Made by a program: the position numbers and the translations under genes
Shown here: positions 10,110 through 19,470 of the stretch, in pieces
Position numbering within the stretch: the stretch's first letter is position 1
Layout: each line of letters starts with the position of its first letter
Assembly (NCBI GenBank): GCA_947589195.1
Contig: CANPZX010000001.1
Location: 1-55,010, forward strand
Direction: 5' to 3'
From: an uncultured Bacilli bacterium
GTDB lineage: Bacteria > Bacillota_I > Bacilli_A > RF39 > UBA660
Length of the DNA stretch: 55,010 nt
Notes under the pieces: generated by a model
Database searches by the model: none
Told to the model about the DNA's origin: nothing
The model's input: only the letters and a program-made list of their open reading frames with translations

Positions 10110-11531
10110 ATGGAAAATATGAATAAAGAAATAACGAGTCGTGATGTAGATTTCGCATCTTGGTATACTGATGTTGTCAAAAAAGCTGATTTAGTTGATT
10201 ATTCTAGTTTAAAGGGCAGTATGATTATTCGCCCTTATGGTTATGCTATCTGGGAAGAAATAGTCAAAGTTTTAGACCAAAAATTTAAAGAAACTAATCA
10301 TGTCAATTTACAAATGCCAATGTTTATTCCGGAAAGTTTATTAAATAAAGAAAAAGAGCATGTTGCCGGTTTTGCTCCCGAAGTTGCTTGGGTAACGCAA
10401 GGGGGTTCGGAGCCTTTAGAAGAAAAGTTATGTGTAAGACCTACTAGTGAAGTATTATTTTGTGATCACTTTAAAAAAATAATTAAGTCTTATCGGGATT
10501 TACCCCTTTTATATAATCAATGGTGTACGATTGTTAGATGGGAAAAGACGACGCGACCTTTCTTAAGAAGTCGGGAGATTTTATGGCAAGAAGGTCATAC
10601 CATGCATGCAACAAAAGAAGAAGCTTTAGAAGAAACTTTAAGAATGTTAAAAATTTATGAAGATTTTCAAAAAGATTATTTAGCTTTGCCCGTAATTGTG
10701 GGAAAAAAGACCGAAAAAGAAAAATTTGCTGGAGCTTTAGAAACGTATACGGTCGAAGCGATGATGTATGATGGTGTAGCTTTACAAAATGGAACTAGCC
10801 ATTTCTTTGGTCAAGGTTTTGCCAAAGCCTTTGATATTACTTTTTTAGATAAAAATAATGAACTACAAACCCCATATCAAACCAGTTGGGGGGTAACGAC
10901 CAGAATGATCGGGGCCTTAATTATGACTCATAGTGATGATCGTGGACTCGTCTTGCCACCCAAAATAGCTCCGATAAAAGTATGCTTAGTGGCTATTAAA
11001 AATACCGAAGAAGTACTAGATGCCCTAGCAAATATTAAAGAAGAATTACTAAAAAATGGTATTACTTGTTTCCTTGATGATTCAGCTAAATCTGCCGGCT
11101 ATAAATTTGCCGAGGCCGAAGTCAAAGGCTATCCTATCCGTTTAGAATTAGGACCTAGAGATTTAGAAAATAAGGAAATTACTTTAGTAAGACGGGATAC
11201 TTTAGAAAAAGAAGTAATTAGTATTGCAAAAGTTAATAAAGTAATCCCCGAAGTACTTTTAAAAATTCAAGATAATTTATATAACCGGGCTTTAGAAAGA
11301 CGAAACAGTATGCTTTATGAAGCTAAAAATTACCAAGAATTTCAAGAAATTGCTATAAATAAACCAGGATTTATCAAAATCAATTGGTGTGGCGATGTCG
11401 CTTGCGAAGATAAAATTAAAAATGATACCACTTTAAAATCGCGGTGTATAATTCCGGAAGAAGTCGACGGCCCTTGTTGTATCTGTGGGAAAGATGCAAA
11501 ATACAAAATCTATTTTGGTAAACAATACTAA
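10110..11531 (+). CDS. proS: Proline--tRNA ligase (short archaeal/eukaryote-like type)
   Basis: F.SWYTDVV.KADL, class II motifs (RWEKTTRPFLRSREILWQEGHT), C-terminal zinc-type CGDVACE...CCICGK, ends ...YFGKQY. Confidence 0.9.
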   Translation: MENMNKEITSRDVDFASWYTDVVKKADLVDYSSLKGSMIIRPYGYAIWEEIVKVLDQKFKETNHVNLQMPMFIPESLLNKEKEHVAGFAPEVAWVTQGGSEPLEEKLCVRPTSEVLFCDHFKKIIKSYRDLPLLYNQWCTIVRWEKTTRPFLRSREILWQEGHTMHATKEEALEETLRMLKIYEDFQKDYLALPVIVGKKTEKEKFAGALETYTVEAMMYDGVALQNGTSHFFGQGFAKAFDITFLDKNNELQTPYQTSWGVTTRMIGALIMTHSDDRGLVLPPKIAPIKVCLVAIKNTEEVLDALANIKEELLKNGITCFLDDSAKSAGYKFAEAEVKGYPIRLELGPRDLENKEITLVRRDTLEKEVISIAKVNKVIPEVLLKIQDNLYNRALERRNSMLYEAKNYQEFQEIAINKPGFIKINWCGDVACEDKIKNDTTLKSRCIIPEEVDGPCCICGKDAKYKIYFGKQY

Positions 11532-11563
11532 CAATAATTGGCAATAACCAATTATTGTTTTTA
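11531..11563 (+). terminator. Rho-independent terminator after proS
   Basis: ACAATAATTGG-caataa-CCAATTATTGT (11-bp perfect stem) followed by T5. Confidence 0.85.
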
Positions 11564-11607
11564 TTATTATTTTAAAATAGTTAAAACTAGAAATGAAGGT
11601 GATTATT

Positions 11608-12579
11608 ATGAAAAGATTAAAAATTATTCTTTTAATGATTTTATGTTTACCTTTAAATGTTTTAGCTTATTCGAGTAAAATAATTGTCGGTGGGGAAAGC
11701 ATTGGCATAAATATTAAAAGTGATGGTATTTTAATCGTGGGTTTTTATAAAGTAAATGGTAGTGAAATAAAAACCAATCCTTCCCTAAAGGTTGGTGATT
11801 ATATTAAAAAAGTTAATAATCATGAAGTAAAGACAATTAATGATTTAACTAAAAGTATTGATGATTATATGGTAAATAATGAAGTAATTTTAACTATTAA
11901 TCGTTCGGGACAAGAATTCAATTCCACTTTAACTTTATTAAAACAAGATGAAATCTATAAAACTGGTTTATATGTTAAAGATAGTATCACGGGGATTGGT
12001 ACCCTTACTTATATTGATCCAGCTACTCATATTTTTGGCTCTTTAGGTCATGAAATATTGGACTCTAATTCTAATACGCGTATCGAAGTAAAAACGGGTT
12101 CAATTTTTAATAGTACGATAACGGGGATTAATAAAAGTGTTGATGGTGACCCAGGGGAAAAGAAAGCTAACTTTAATATTGATAAACAATATGGAATTAT
12201 TAAGAAAAATACCGCGGTAGGTTTATTTGGCAACTATACTTCTAATTTACCTGGTAAAAAATTAATGGAAGTGGCAAGTCCCGAAGAAGTAAGAATAGGC
12301 GATGCTAAAATAATCACCGTTTTAGAAGGTAATAAATTAGAAGAATATATGATTAATATTACTAAAATTAATGAACATAATGATATTAAAAATATTTATT
12401 TTGAAATTACCGATGAAAAACTTTTAAATAAAACGGGTGGTATTGTTCAAGGAATGAGTGGTAGTCCTATTATCCAAAATAATAAAATAATCGGGGCCGT
12501 CACTCATGTCATTATTGATAATGTTAAAACGGGATATGGCATATTTATTACGACAATGTTAGAAGAAGGCGAAAAATAA
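11608..12579 (+). CDS. spoIVB: SpoIVB peptidase (S55), sporulation signalling serine protease
   Basis: Signal peptide, PDZ segment (GDYIKKVNNHEV), GTLTYIDP...FGSLGHEI, catalytic GMSGSPI. ATG 11608 follows GAAGGTGA. Confidence 0.85.
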   Translation: MKRLKIILLMILCLPLNVLAYSSKIIVGGESIGINIKSDGILIVGFYKVNGSEIKTNPSLKVGDYIKKVNNHEVKTINDLTKSIDDYMVNNEVILTINRSGQEFNSTLTLLKQDEIYKTGLYVKDSITGIGTLTYIDPATHIFGSLGHEILDSNSNTRIEVKTGSIFNSTITGINKSVDGDPGEKKANFNIDKQYGIIKKNTAVGLFGNYTSNLPGKKLMEVASPEEVRIGDAKIITVLEGNKLEEYMINITKINEHNDIKNIYFEITDEKLLNKTGGIVQGMSGSPIIQNNKIIGAVTHVIIDNVKTGYGIFITTMLEEGEK

Positions 12580-12638
12580 GCCTTTTTTTCGACATTATTT
12601 TAAACAATCATTTGTTATAACTAAGTTAGGTGATTTAA

Positions 12639-13052
12639 ATGGCCAAAACTTTAAAAATGATTTTTTGCGCTTGTTTTATCGGGGCTACACTGGCTGCCTG
12701 TTTTTTCTTTTCCATAAAAGAAACTCCGGAAGCTCTAGAAAAAAGAAGTGTTTATGCTTTTCAACTAGGAGTATATAAAGTTTATGATAATGCTTTAAAA
12801 AATCAAGAAAAATACCCGGTAAGTAAAATATTATTTGATGGTGAATATTATCGTTTATTCGGGGCTTTAACCATTAATAATCAAGAATTATTAAAAAACT
12901 ATTTTAAAGAAGATTTTTATCTTAAAGAAATAATGGTTGATACCAATACTTATAACCTCATTTTAAAATGTGATGAACTTTTAAAGACAGCCTCTTTCGA
13001 GAGTTATCCCGAAATTTTTAAAATGGCTTTAGATGGTTTAAATGAATTATAA
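12639..13052 (+). CDS. Membrane-anchored protein with a SPOR-like C-terminal fold (tentative)
   Basis: N-terminal TM helix, then YAFQLGVYKVYDNALKN....YYRLFGAL, reminiscent of SPOR repeats. Weak assignment. Confidence 0.4.
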   Translation: MAKTLKMIFCACFIGATLAACFFFSIKETPEALEKRSVYAFQLGVYKVYDNALKNQEKYPVSKILFDGEYYRLFGALTINNQELLKNYFKEDFYLKEIMVDTNTYNLILKCDELLKTASFESYPEIFKMALDGLNEL

Positions 13053-13719
13053 AATAAAAGATTTACCCTTAGATGAAAGACCTCGCGAAAAACTAAAATT
13101 AAAGGGCAGCAAAAGTTTAAGTGATGAAGAATTATTAGCTATTTTATTACGCACTGGCACCAAAAATGAATCAGCCAAAGATTTAAGTATTCGCCTTTTA
13201 AAAGAAATAAAAACTTTACATAATTTAAATACTTTATCTTATAATTATCTAATTAGTATTAAAGGCATTAAAGAAGCAAAAGCCCTCACCATCTTAGCGG
13301 CTTTAGAATTAGGTAAAAGACTAAATTATAAAAAGGAACCAATAAAGAAAATAAAAACTGGGGAAGATGTCTTAAATCTTTTACAATATGAAATAATTAA
13401 TCTTCGTCAAGAAAAATTATTTGCCATCTTTTTAAATAGTCAAAATGAAGTAATATCTTATCAAACAATTTTTATTGGTACCCAAAATAAAAGCATTACT
13501 CATCCCCGAGAAATATTTTATGAAGCCATTAAAGAACAAGCTGTGAAAATCATAATTGCTCATAATCATCCCTCTAATAATGTTAATCCTAGTCCCGAAG
13601 ATATAACTTTTACCAATAACTTAAAGAATGCTAGTATTATTATGCAAATACCTTTATTAGACCATATAATCTTAGGAAATAATACTTATTTTAGTTTTTT
13701 AGATCATAATCTTTTATAA
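13042..13719 (+). CDS. radC: RadC-family JAB/MPN domain protein
   Basis: LPLDERPREKL, SDEELLAILLRTG, HhH segment, JAMM motif AHNHPSNNVNPSPED. Confidence 0.85.
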   Translation: MNYKIKDLPLDERPREKLKLKGSKSLSDEELLAILLRTGTKNESAKDLSIRLLKEIKTLHNLNTLSYNYLISIKGIKEAKALTILAALELGKRLNYKKEPIKKIKTGEDVLNLLQYEIINLRQEKLFAIFLNSQNEVISYQTIFIGTQNKSITHPREIFYEAIKEQAVKIIIAHNHPSNNVNPSPEDITFTNNLKNASIIMQIPLLDHIILGNNTYFSFLDHNLL

Positions 13720-13748
13720 ATTTTTCATACTAAAAATAGGTGAAAAAG

Positions 13749-14417
13749 ATGACTAATTATCAAAAAAATTTCTTATTAATTTTATTATTAGTTATTTTAA
13801 TGATGAAAGATTATGCCCTAGGAGTAATAAACGCTTCCAAAGTCTTTAATTTAACCGATAGTCAAGTATCTAATATGTTAAATCAAGAATTAGCAACTAA
13901 ATATCAAGAATTAACAAATAGTTATAATTATAATGATTTTTACCCTGAAAATTTAGAACATTCCAAAATATTATATCGTACTTTTTATAATTTTAATAAA
14001 ACTATTACCATTTACAAAGGAACTAAACAAAACATTAAGCCTAAAATGTTAGTTATTAATGACCAAGGTTTAGTGGGCATTATCAATAAATGTTTTTTAA
14101 ATAGTAGTGAAGTAATACTTTTAACTAGTTCTCTTTATGTTCTACCTGTCAAAATAAACGATTATTATGGGGAATTATCTTCTTTTAAAGATAAATTAAT
14201 TGTTAAGGGAATTAAGAAAAGTAATGAAGTTAAAGAAGGCGATTTAGTCTATACGAGTGATTTAAGTATTTATCCATCCCCAATTTTAATTGGCAAGATT
14301 AGTAGTATTAGTTTAGATAATTACGAATTAGAAAAGATTTTAGAAATTGAACCGGCCGTTAATTTTAATAAATTAAATTATGTAAGTATTATTCCTATCT
14401 TAAGAGGTCAAGAATGA
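13749..14417 (+). CDS. mreC: Rod shape-determining protein MreC
   Basis: N-terminal TM, GLVGIINKCFLNSSEVILLTS, GDLVYTSDLSIYPSPILIGKI; followed by an ATGA-overlapped mreD-like ORF. Confidence 0.75.
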   Translation: MTNYQKNFLLILLLVILMMKDYALGVINASKVFNLTDSQVSNMLNQELATKYQELTNSYNYNDFYPENLEHSKILYRTFYNFNKTITIYKGTKQNIKPKMLVINDQGLVGIINKCFLNSSEVILLTSSLYVLPVKINDYYGELSSFKDKLIVKGIKKSNEVKEGDLVYTSDLSIYPSPILIGKISSISLDNYELEKILEIEPAVNFNKLNYVSIIPILRGQE

Positions 14418-14776
14418 TATATTTATTACTTGATTTAGGTTTTGCTACTTTCCTTAATATTCCTACTTATCTTTTCTTAATTCCTTTATTTAAAAATATT
14501 AACTTTCACTTTTATTTTAAATTAATCTTAATTTATGACTTATTTTTTCTTAAAAGTTATTTTCTTTTTTCTTTAATTATTTTATTTTTCTTTTTCTTAA
14601 ATAATAAACTAAAACTAAATTATATTATTAAATATATAATTTTTTACTTTCTATTTTATCTCTTTCATTATTTTATCTTTTTCTTAAATTTTAATATTTT
14701 AAGTTTTTTAATAACCAGTATTATTTTTTTATTTAGTTATAAAAAAAATATCAGTCAATATAATTATAATGGGTGA
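14414..14776 (+). CDS. mreD: Polytopic F/L/I-rich membrane protein, probable MreD
   Basis: Start overlaps the mreC stop (ATGA). About 4 predicted TM segments. Assigned by position only. Confidence 0.45.
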   Translation: MIYLLLDLGFATFLNIPTYLFLIPLFKNINFHFYFKLILIYDLFFLKSYFLFSLIILFFFFLNNKLKLNYIIKYIIFYFLFYLFHYFIFFLNFNILSFLITSIIFLFSYKKNISQYNYNG

Positions 14777-14782
14777 TAATAA

Positions 14783-15406
14783 GTGGATGACGTCATAAGA
14801 GAAGCCAAAGCGCGAATAAAAGAAAAAAGAGCTAATTTAATTGATAAGGAAAAACATTATTTTAAAAGTCCTTCGAAAAAAATTAATCTTTTATTTAGTA
14901 AAACTTTAATAAGTATAATCTTAGTTTTAAGTGTTGCTATTTATGTCAGTATTAGTGATAATAATTTACTTAATTTTAAAACTAAAGTTTTTCAAGATAC
15001 CCTTTTATTTACTAAAATAAATAATTTATATGCTAAATATTTCGGGGATGTCATTCCCTCCAAAGTAAATAAAAATACGACCACCGTTTTTGGTAATACT
15101 TTAAAATATACGAATATCGAGCAATTCGATAAAGCTTATAAATTAACTTTAGAATCTAATGTTGTTAATACTTTAGAAAGTGGTATTGTTGTTTTTATGG
15201 GGGAAAAAGATAATCTAGGTAAAACTATCATTATTCAAGGTATAGATGGAGTCGATATTTGGTATTCGAATATTTCTTATAATGATTTAACTTTATATGA
15301 TTATATTGAAAAAAATAGTATTATCGGCGAAGCTAATAATCAAGAATTATATTTAACTTTTTTAGAAAATGGCGAAACGGTAGGTTATGAAAAATATCTT
15401 AACTAA
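14783..15406 (+). CDS. spoIVFA: SpoIVFA-like membrane protein with degenerate M23/LytM domain
   Basis: Single TM, then GIVVFMGEKDNLGKTIIIQGIDGVDIWYSNI...IIGE without the metal-binding His residues. Overlaps and precedes spoIVFB. Confidence 0.6.
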   Translation: MDDVIREAKARIKEKRANLIDKEKHYFKSPSKKINLLFSKTLISIILVLSVAIYVSISDNNLLNFKTKVFQDTLLFTKINNLYAKYFGDVIPSKVNKNTTTVFGNTLKYTNIEQFDKAYKLTLESNVVNTLESGIVVFMGEKDNLGKTIIIQGIDGVDIWYSNISYNDLTLYDYIEKNSIIGEANNQELYLTFLENGETVGYEKYLN

Positions 15407-16166
15407 ATTTAAAATTAATAATGCCACTTATTTATTAATTTTTACTTTTTTAATTACTGGTTATATTAAAAATATTATTTTAATTTTAATAATCGTTTTA
15501 TTTCATGAACTAGGTCATATTTTCTTTTTAAAAAAATTAGATTATACCATTGATGAAGTAATTATTTATCCCTTTGGCGGTTTAACTAAAACATCTAAAT
15601 TAATTAATACTCCCATTAATCAAGATTTACTTATTTATAGTGGAGGAGTAATCTTTCAAATAATCTTAAGTTTTATATTTTACTTTCTTTTTAAATTAAA
15701 CTTAATTACTTCTTTAACATTTAAGTTATTTTTAAATTATAATTTTTCCATTTTACTATTTAATTTATTACCCATCAAACCTTTAGATGGTGGGGAAATC
15801 ATGAGTTTATTAATAGCCAAAAAATATCCTTTTAAAAAAACTTTAGATTATGCGCTTTTTCTATCAGGAATAAGTTTATTTTTATTTTTAATCTTTAATA
15901 TTCATTATAGTATTAATAATTACTTAATTATGGGATATTTATTAGTTAAATTAAATGAATTTATCAAAAAGAAAAATTATCTTTTTCATAAATTCTTATT
16001 AGAACGTTTTTTATATACTTTACCTTATCAAAAAATAGAACATGATGAACTAATTAATACCAAAGTTTTAAAGAAGGATACCCTTCATTTTTTTAAAAAA
16101 GATAATCGTTATTATCATGAACGTGAAATATTAGCAAAAAAATTTGACAGAAAAACATATTTTTGA
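15387..16166 (+). CDS. spoIVFB: Site-2 (M50) intramembrane metalloprotease SpoIVFB
   Basis: HELGHIFF (HExxH) within a TM helix, NLLPIKPLDGG; sits upstream of rplU as in B. subtilis. Confidence 0.8.
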   Translation: MKNILTKFKINNATYLLIFTFLITGYIKNIILILIIVLFHELGHIFFLKKLDYTIDEVIIYPFGGLTKTSKLINTPINQDLLIYSGGVIFQIILSFIFYFLFKLNLITSLTFKLFLNYNFSILLFNLLPIKPLDGGEIMSLLIAKKYPFKKTLDYALFLSGISLFLFLIFNIHYSINNYLIMGYLLVKLNEFIKKKNYLFHKFLLERFLYTLPYQKIEHDELINTKVLKKDTLHFFKKDNRYYHEREILAKKFDRKTYF

Positions 16167-16169
16167 TAA

Positions 16170-16262
16170 AATTTATTCGTTTGAAAGGGCTTTCCTGGAA
16201 AAACCGCTTGGAAAAGGTTTAAAACTTTTAAAGTACCTTAACAGCGTGTCTTATTAATTAAA
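16170..16262 (+). promoter_or_regulatory. Possible L21-operon leader RNA upstream of rplU
   Basis: A ~100-nt untranslated spacer before rplU, where Bacilli carry the L21 leader. I could not confirm the structure by eye. Confidence 0.3.
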
Positions 16263-16273
16263 GGAGGTATGAA

Positions 16274-16576
16274 ATGAAAGCGATTTTTACAACTGGTGGC
16301 AAACAATATTATGTTGCTGAAGGCGATGTTATTTATGTTGAAAAACTAAATAATGAAGTTGGTAGTGATGTGGTATTTAATGACGTATTATTTGTAAATG
16401 GTCAAGCTGGTGATCCTTATGTTAAGGGTGCTAAAGTTGTATGTACTGTTGAAAAAACAGGTAGACAAAAGAAAGTAATAGTTTTTAAATATCGACCTAA
16501 AAAAAGTTCTCATAAAAAACAAGGTCATCGCCAACCATATACTAAACTAGTAGTTAAGAAAATTGAAGCTAAGTAA
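16274..16576 (+). CDS. rplU: 50S ribosomal protein L21
   Basis: [18 protein letters not shown]...[21 protein letters not shown]. Confidence 0.95.
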   Translation: MKAIFTTGGKQYYVAEGDVIYVEKLNNEVGSDVVFNDVLFVNGQAGDPYVKGAKVVCTVEKTGRQKKVIVFKYRPKKSSHKKQGHRQPYTKLVVKKIEAK

Positions 16577-16577
16577 T

Positions 16578-16886
16578 ATGATTAAAGTATATGTAACTAC
16601 TAAAGAAAAGAAAATTAAACATATTTTGGTAAGTGGTCATGCTAATTTTGCTACTTATGGTAAAGATATCGTTTGTGCAGGAGTTTCTAGTATTATTACT
16701 ACTTCAATTAATGCTATTTTATCTTTTAAAGAAACTATTAAAGTAATTGATAAAGAAAACTTAGAAATTGAAGTCTTAGAAAATGACTTAATAACTGATA
16801 CTTTACTTAAAAATATGCTTGATTTATTAACTAATTTGGAAGAAAATTATCCTAAAAATATAAGTATAGTAATGAAAGGAAAATAA
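16578..16886 (+). CDS. prp: Ribosomal-processing cysteine protease Prp (YsxB)
   Basis: SGHANFATYGKDIVCAGVSS (His/Cys dyad) between rplU and rpmA. ATG 16578 is just after the rplU stop. Confidence 0.85.
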   Translation: MIKVYVTTKEKKIKHILVSGHANFATYGKDIVCAGVSSIITTSINAILSFKETIKVIDKENLEIEVLENDLITDTLLKNMLDLLTNLEENYPKNISIVMKGK

Positions 16887-16889
16887 GAA

Positions 16890-17174
16890 ATGTTAAAGTT
16901 TTATTTAAACCTTCAACGTTTTGCTCATAAAAAAGGTCAATCTTCAACTGACAATGGTCGTGATTCAAGAGGACGTCGTTTAGGAGCTAAAGCTAGTGAT
17001 GGAGAATTAGTTTCCGCTGGTTCAATTATTTATCGCCAAAGAGGAACTAAAATTTATCCAGGAACAAACGTTGGAATGGGTAAAGATCATACATTATTTG
17101 CTAAAGTTGATGGAATTGTTAAATTCGAAAGACTTGGTAGAGATAAAAAGAAAGCAAGCGTTTATGAAGCGTAA
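16890..17174 (+). CDS. rpmA: 50S ribosomal protein L27 with Prp-cleaved N-terminal extension
   Basis: [32 protein letters not shown]... Confidence 0.95.
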   Translation: MLKFYLNLQRFAHKKGQSSTDNGRDSRGRRLGAKASDGELVSAGSIIYRQRGTKIYPGTNVGMGKDHTLFAKVDGIVKFERLGRDKKKASVYEA

Positions 17175-17390
17175 TTGCTTTTTTATTTGAATAAATTCCT
17201 TTGCTGAAAAAAGTAAGTAACCAAGAGAAGTTAATAGAGGTACAAAAAAGAGAACACACCGAAAAAATATTGACATTATCATCCGTACAAAAATAGAATG
17301 GGATATTTAGTTTTAATAAAAAATGATAATTTTAGGCTTTTTCTACATAAAAAAGGACTATAATGAATACATCAAGTCCGGAGGTTAAAC

Positions 17391-17759
17391 ATGAATCAAA
17401 TTAAAGAGTATAACGAAACAATTTTTGAGAGCATAAAACACACTAATGAATATTGGCTTGCTTGAGAGTTAATGGTAGTACTTGAATATAAAAGATGGGA
17501 TAAATTTAATAATGTTATAGATAATCTAAAGTAGCTTGTGAAAAAAGTAATAATCTTATTGACGACCATTTTTCCCAAGTGGGAAAAATGGTAGAAATAG
17601 GTTCCGGAGCCAAAAGAAAACAAGCTGATTATGAGTTATCTAGATATGCTTGTTACTTAATTGTTCAAAATGCAGATTCAAGAAAAAGAAAATGTTGCAC
17701 TTGGGCAAACATATTTTGTTGTTCAAACAAGAAAACAAGAAAAGATTGAAATGAAATAA
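17391..17759 (+). pseudogene. dinD: DNA-damage-inducible protein D (DinD-like) pseudogene
   Basis: RBS GGAGGT plus ATG. Reads MNQIKEYNETIFESIKHTNEYWLA-TGA-ELMVVLEYKRWDKFNNVIDNLK, continues in another frame as VACEKSNNLIDDHFSQVGKMVEIGSGAKRKQADYELSRYACYLIVQNADSRK, then a third frame as EKVALGQTYFVVQTRKQE. That is one nonsense codon plus at least two frameshifts, and only the N-terminal half is present. Confidence 0.8.
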
Positions 17760-17760
17760 A

Positions 17761-18130
17761 TTTGGGTTTATCACCCCGCAAGGAGAAGTAGGATTAATGT
17801 ACCCAAGTGATTATGGCTATGCAACCGAAGGAGGCAGTTTAGGACGAAACTTATGTTTAAATTAATTGGAGTAATGGAGAATATCAAAGTAATTGTGCAT
17901 ATACCGATTGGTTATTAAACAAAGATTCGTCTCAACATCGGATATGGACTCTTTCGCCGCATTCGTCCTCTAGCGATCATGCTTTCTATGTCTTTATTTC
18001 AGGACATGTCAAAAATAGCAGCTACTATGTCTATGGTCAAGGTGCCGTTTCTCCAGTCCTATATCTAAAAAGCAATATAGAAATAAGTGGAGGAGAAGGT
18101 AGTCCTTTAAATCCATATATTTTAAAATAA
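17761..18130 (+). pseudogene. 3' remnant (copy E) of the NPY-tail surface-protein family, frameshifted
   Basis: Reads ..PQGEVGLMYPSDYGYATEGGSLGRNLCLN, then shifts frame to WSNGEYQSNCAYTDWLLNKDSSQ..WTLSPHSSSSDHAFYV...AVSPVLYLKSNIEISGGEGSPLNPYILK. This is collinear with the last ~120 aa of the gene ending at 48058. About 9 of 10 nt were identical over the first 60 nt I aligned by eye. Confidence 0.8.
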
Positions 18131-18305
18131 AGAATATTTAAAAAAGTAGAAAATTAACTATTGTCAAATTTACTGTCTATTTACTATTAATAAAGAAAAA
18201 TATTTCTAAAATTATTAAGATAATGATATAATTAATATGTAAAATAGAGAAAGGAGAATGTGACTATGTGGGCTTGGTTAAAAAGATTCTTATAATCTAA
18301 CTTAA

Positions 18306-18335
18306 AAAAGGCTTTCCTTTTGGGAAGCTTTTTTG
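18306..18335 (+). terminator. Terminator-like hairpin plus T-run upstream of the hrcA promoter
   Basis: AAGGCTTTCC-tttt-GGGAAGCTT (imperfect stem) followed by TTTTT. Directly follows a 9-codon mini-ORF. Confidence 0.45.
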
Positions 18336-18358
18336 ATGGAAAATAAAAATAAAATAAT

Positions 18359-18386
18359 TTAGCACTCATATATTGACAAGTGCTAA
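18359..18386 (+). promoter_or_regulatory. CIRCE operator 1 (HrcA binding site)
   Basis: TTAGCACTC-n-AGTGCTAA, close to the consensus TTAGCACTC-N9-GAGTGCTAA. Overlaps the -35 box. Confidence 0.8.
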
Positions 18387-18401
18387 GCATAATATTATAA
18401 T
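18373..18401 (+). promoter_or_regulatory. SigA-type promoter of the hrcA-grpE-dnaK operon
   Basis: TTGACA (18373-18378), 17-nt spacer, TATAAT (18396-18401). Confidence 0.7.
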
Positions 18402-18405
18402 AGGA

Positions 18406-18432
18406 CTAGCATTTCAAATAAAAGAGTGCTAA
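18406..18432 (+). promoter_or_regulatory. CIRCE operator 2 (degenerate left arm)
   Basis: CTAGCATTT-CAAATAAAA-GAGTGCTAA with 9-nt spacing, between the -10 box and the hrcA start. Confidence 0.6.
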
Positions 18433-18448
18433 ATAAGAGGTGACAAAG

Positions 18449-19453
18449 GTGGACGAAAGACAGAATAAACTTTTAAAAGCTATTGTTGAGTCGTATATTA
18501 AAACTGTTAAACCAGTGGGTTCTAAATCTTTGTGTCAAAAATTTAAATGTTCTAGTGCCACGATTCGTAATGAAATGGTAGTCTTAGAAAATTTAGGTTA
18601 TATTGAAAAAAATCATATATCTTCTGGCAGAATACCTAGTGAAGCTGGATATAAATATTATGTCGAGAACTTAATGAGACCGAAAGAATTAACTGGAGAA
18701 GATATGTTAAAATTACAAAGAATATTTGAAAATAATAGCCTAGAGTTAAGTGATTCGATTACTAAAACAGTTGAAATAATAAGTGAACTTACTAATTATA
18801 CTAGTATTATATTAGGTAAAAGCTCTAAAGAAAATACTTTAAAACAAGTAAGTATTATTCCTTTAGATGAACATAAAATTATCGCTTTAGTTTGTACTAA
18901 TAAAGGGATTATTGAAAATAAGCAATTTCTTTTAGATGAAAAATCTAATTTAGATGAAATAGTAAAAACTAGTGAAATAATCAATAAAATGTTAGTAGGT
19001 ACACCAATTAATGAAGTCGCGGGTCGTCTAGAATTTGAAATTAAGCCCATTATTAGTCGCCAGATTAAGCAGTATGAAACTGTTTATAATATCTTTGCTG
19101 ATGCTTTTAATGATTTTCTTAATAAAAGTCAAAATATATATTTTGGGGGTAAAACTAAAATTTTTAATGAACCAGAATATAATGATGTTGAAGATATAAA
19201 AAAATTGGCTAGTAAATTTGAAGATACGGAAAGTATTCGAAGAATTGAAGAAGATTCACCAGATAATGAAGTTAAAGTATATATTGGAAAAGAAAATAAA
19301 TTTGATCCCAATGTTACAATTATTAAAAGTAAATATAACATAAATGGTGAAGAAGGAACTATCGCGATTGTCGGTCCTAAAAGAATGGAATATGATCGGG
19401 TAGTGGGTTTACTCGAATATTTAAAAGATACTTTAAATAAGCAGGACAAATAA
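18449..19453 (+). CDS. hrcA: Heat-inducible transcription repressor HrcA
   Basis: ERQNKLLKAIVESYIKTVKPVGSKSL, winged-helix N-terminus, followed by grpE. GTG 18449 is 5 nt after AAGAGGTGA; the ORF opens at GTG 18440. Confidence 0.9.
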   Translation: MDERQNKLLKAIVESYIKTVKPVGSKSLCQKFKCSSATIRNEMVVLENLGYIEKNHISSGRIPSEAGYKYYVENLMRPKELTGEDMLKLQRIFENNSLELSDSITKTVEIISELTNYTSIILGKSSKENTLKQVSIIPLDEHKIIALVCTNKGIIENKQFLLDEKSNLDEIVKTSEIINKMLVGTPINEVAGRLEFEIKPIISRQIKQYETVYNIFADAFNDFLNKSQNIYFGGKTKIFNEPEYNDVEDIKKLASKFEDTESIRRIEEDSPDNEVKVYIGKENKFDPNVTIIKSKYNINGEEGTIAIVGPKRMEYDRVVGLLEYLKDTLNKQDK

Positions 19454-19470
19454 AGAAAGAGGATATAAGT

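Noticed and set aside
14414-14776. Highly repetitive T-rich stretch that looks like a DNA repeat array
   Set aside because: It is an uninterrupted ORF overlapping the mreC stop and encodes an F/L/I-rich polytopic membrane protein. It has no regular repeat-spacer periodicity, so it is not CRISPR or a tandem repeat.
17094-17623. Minus-strand ORFs 17094..17282 and 17396..17623
   Set aside because: The first overlaps the rpmA 3' end and its terminator region. The second is antisense to the dinD pseudogene. Neither has an RBS or a recognisable product.
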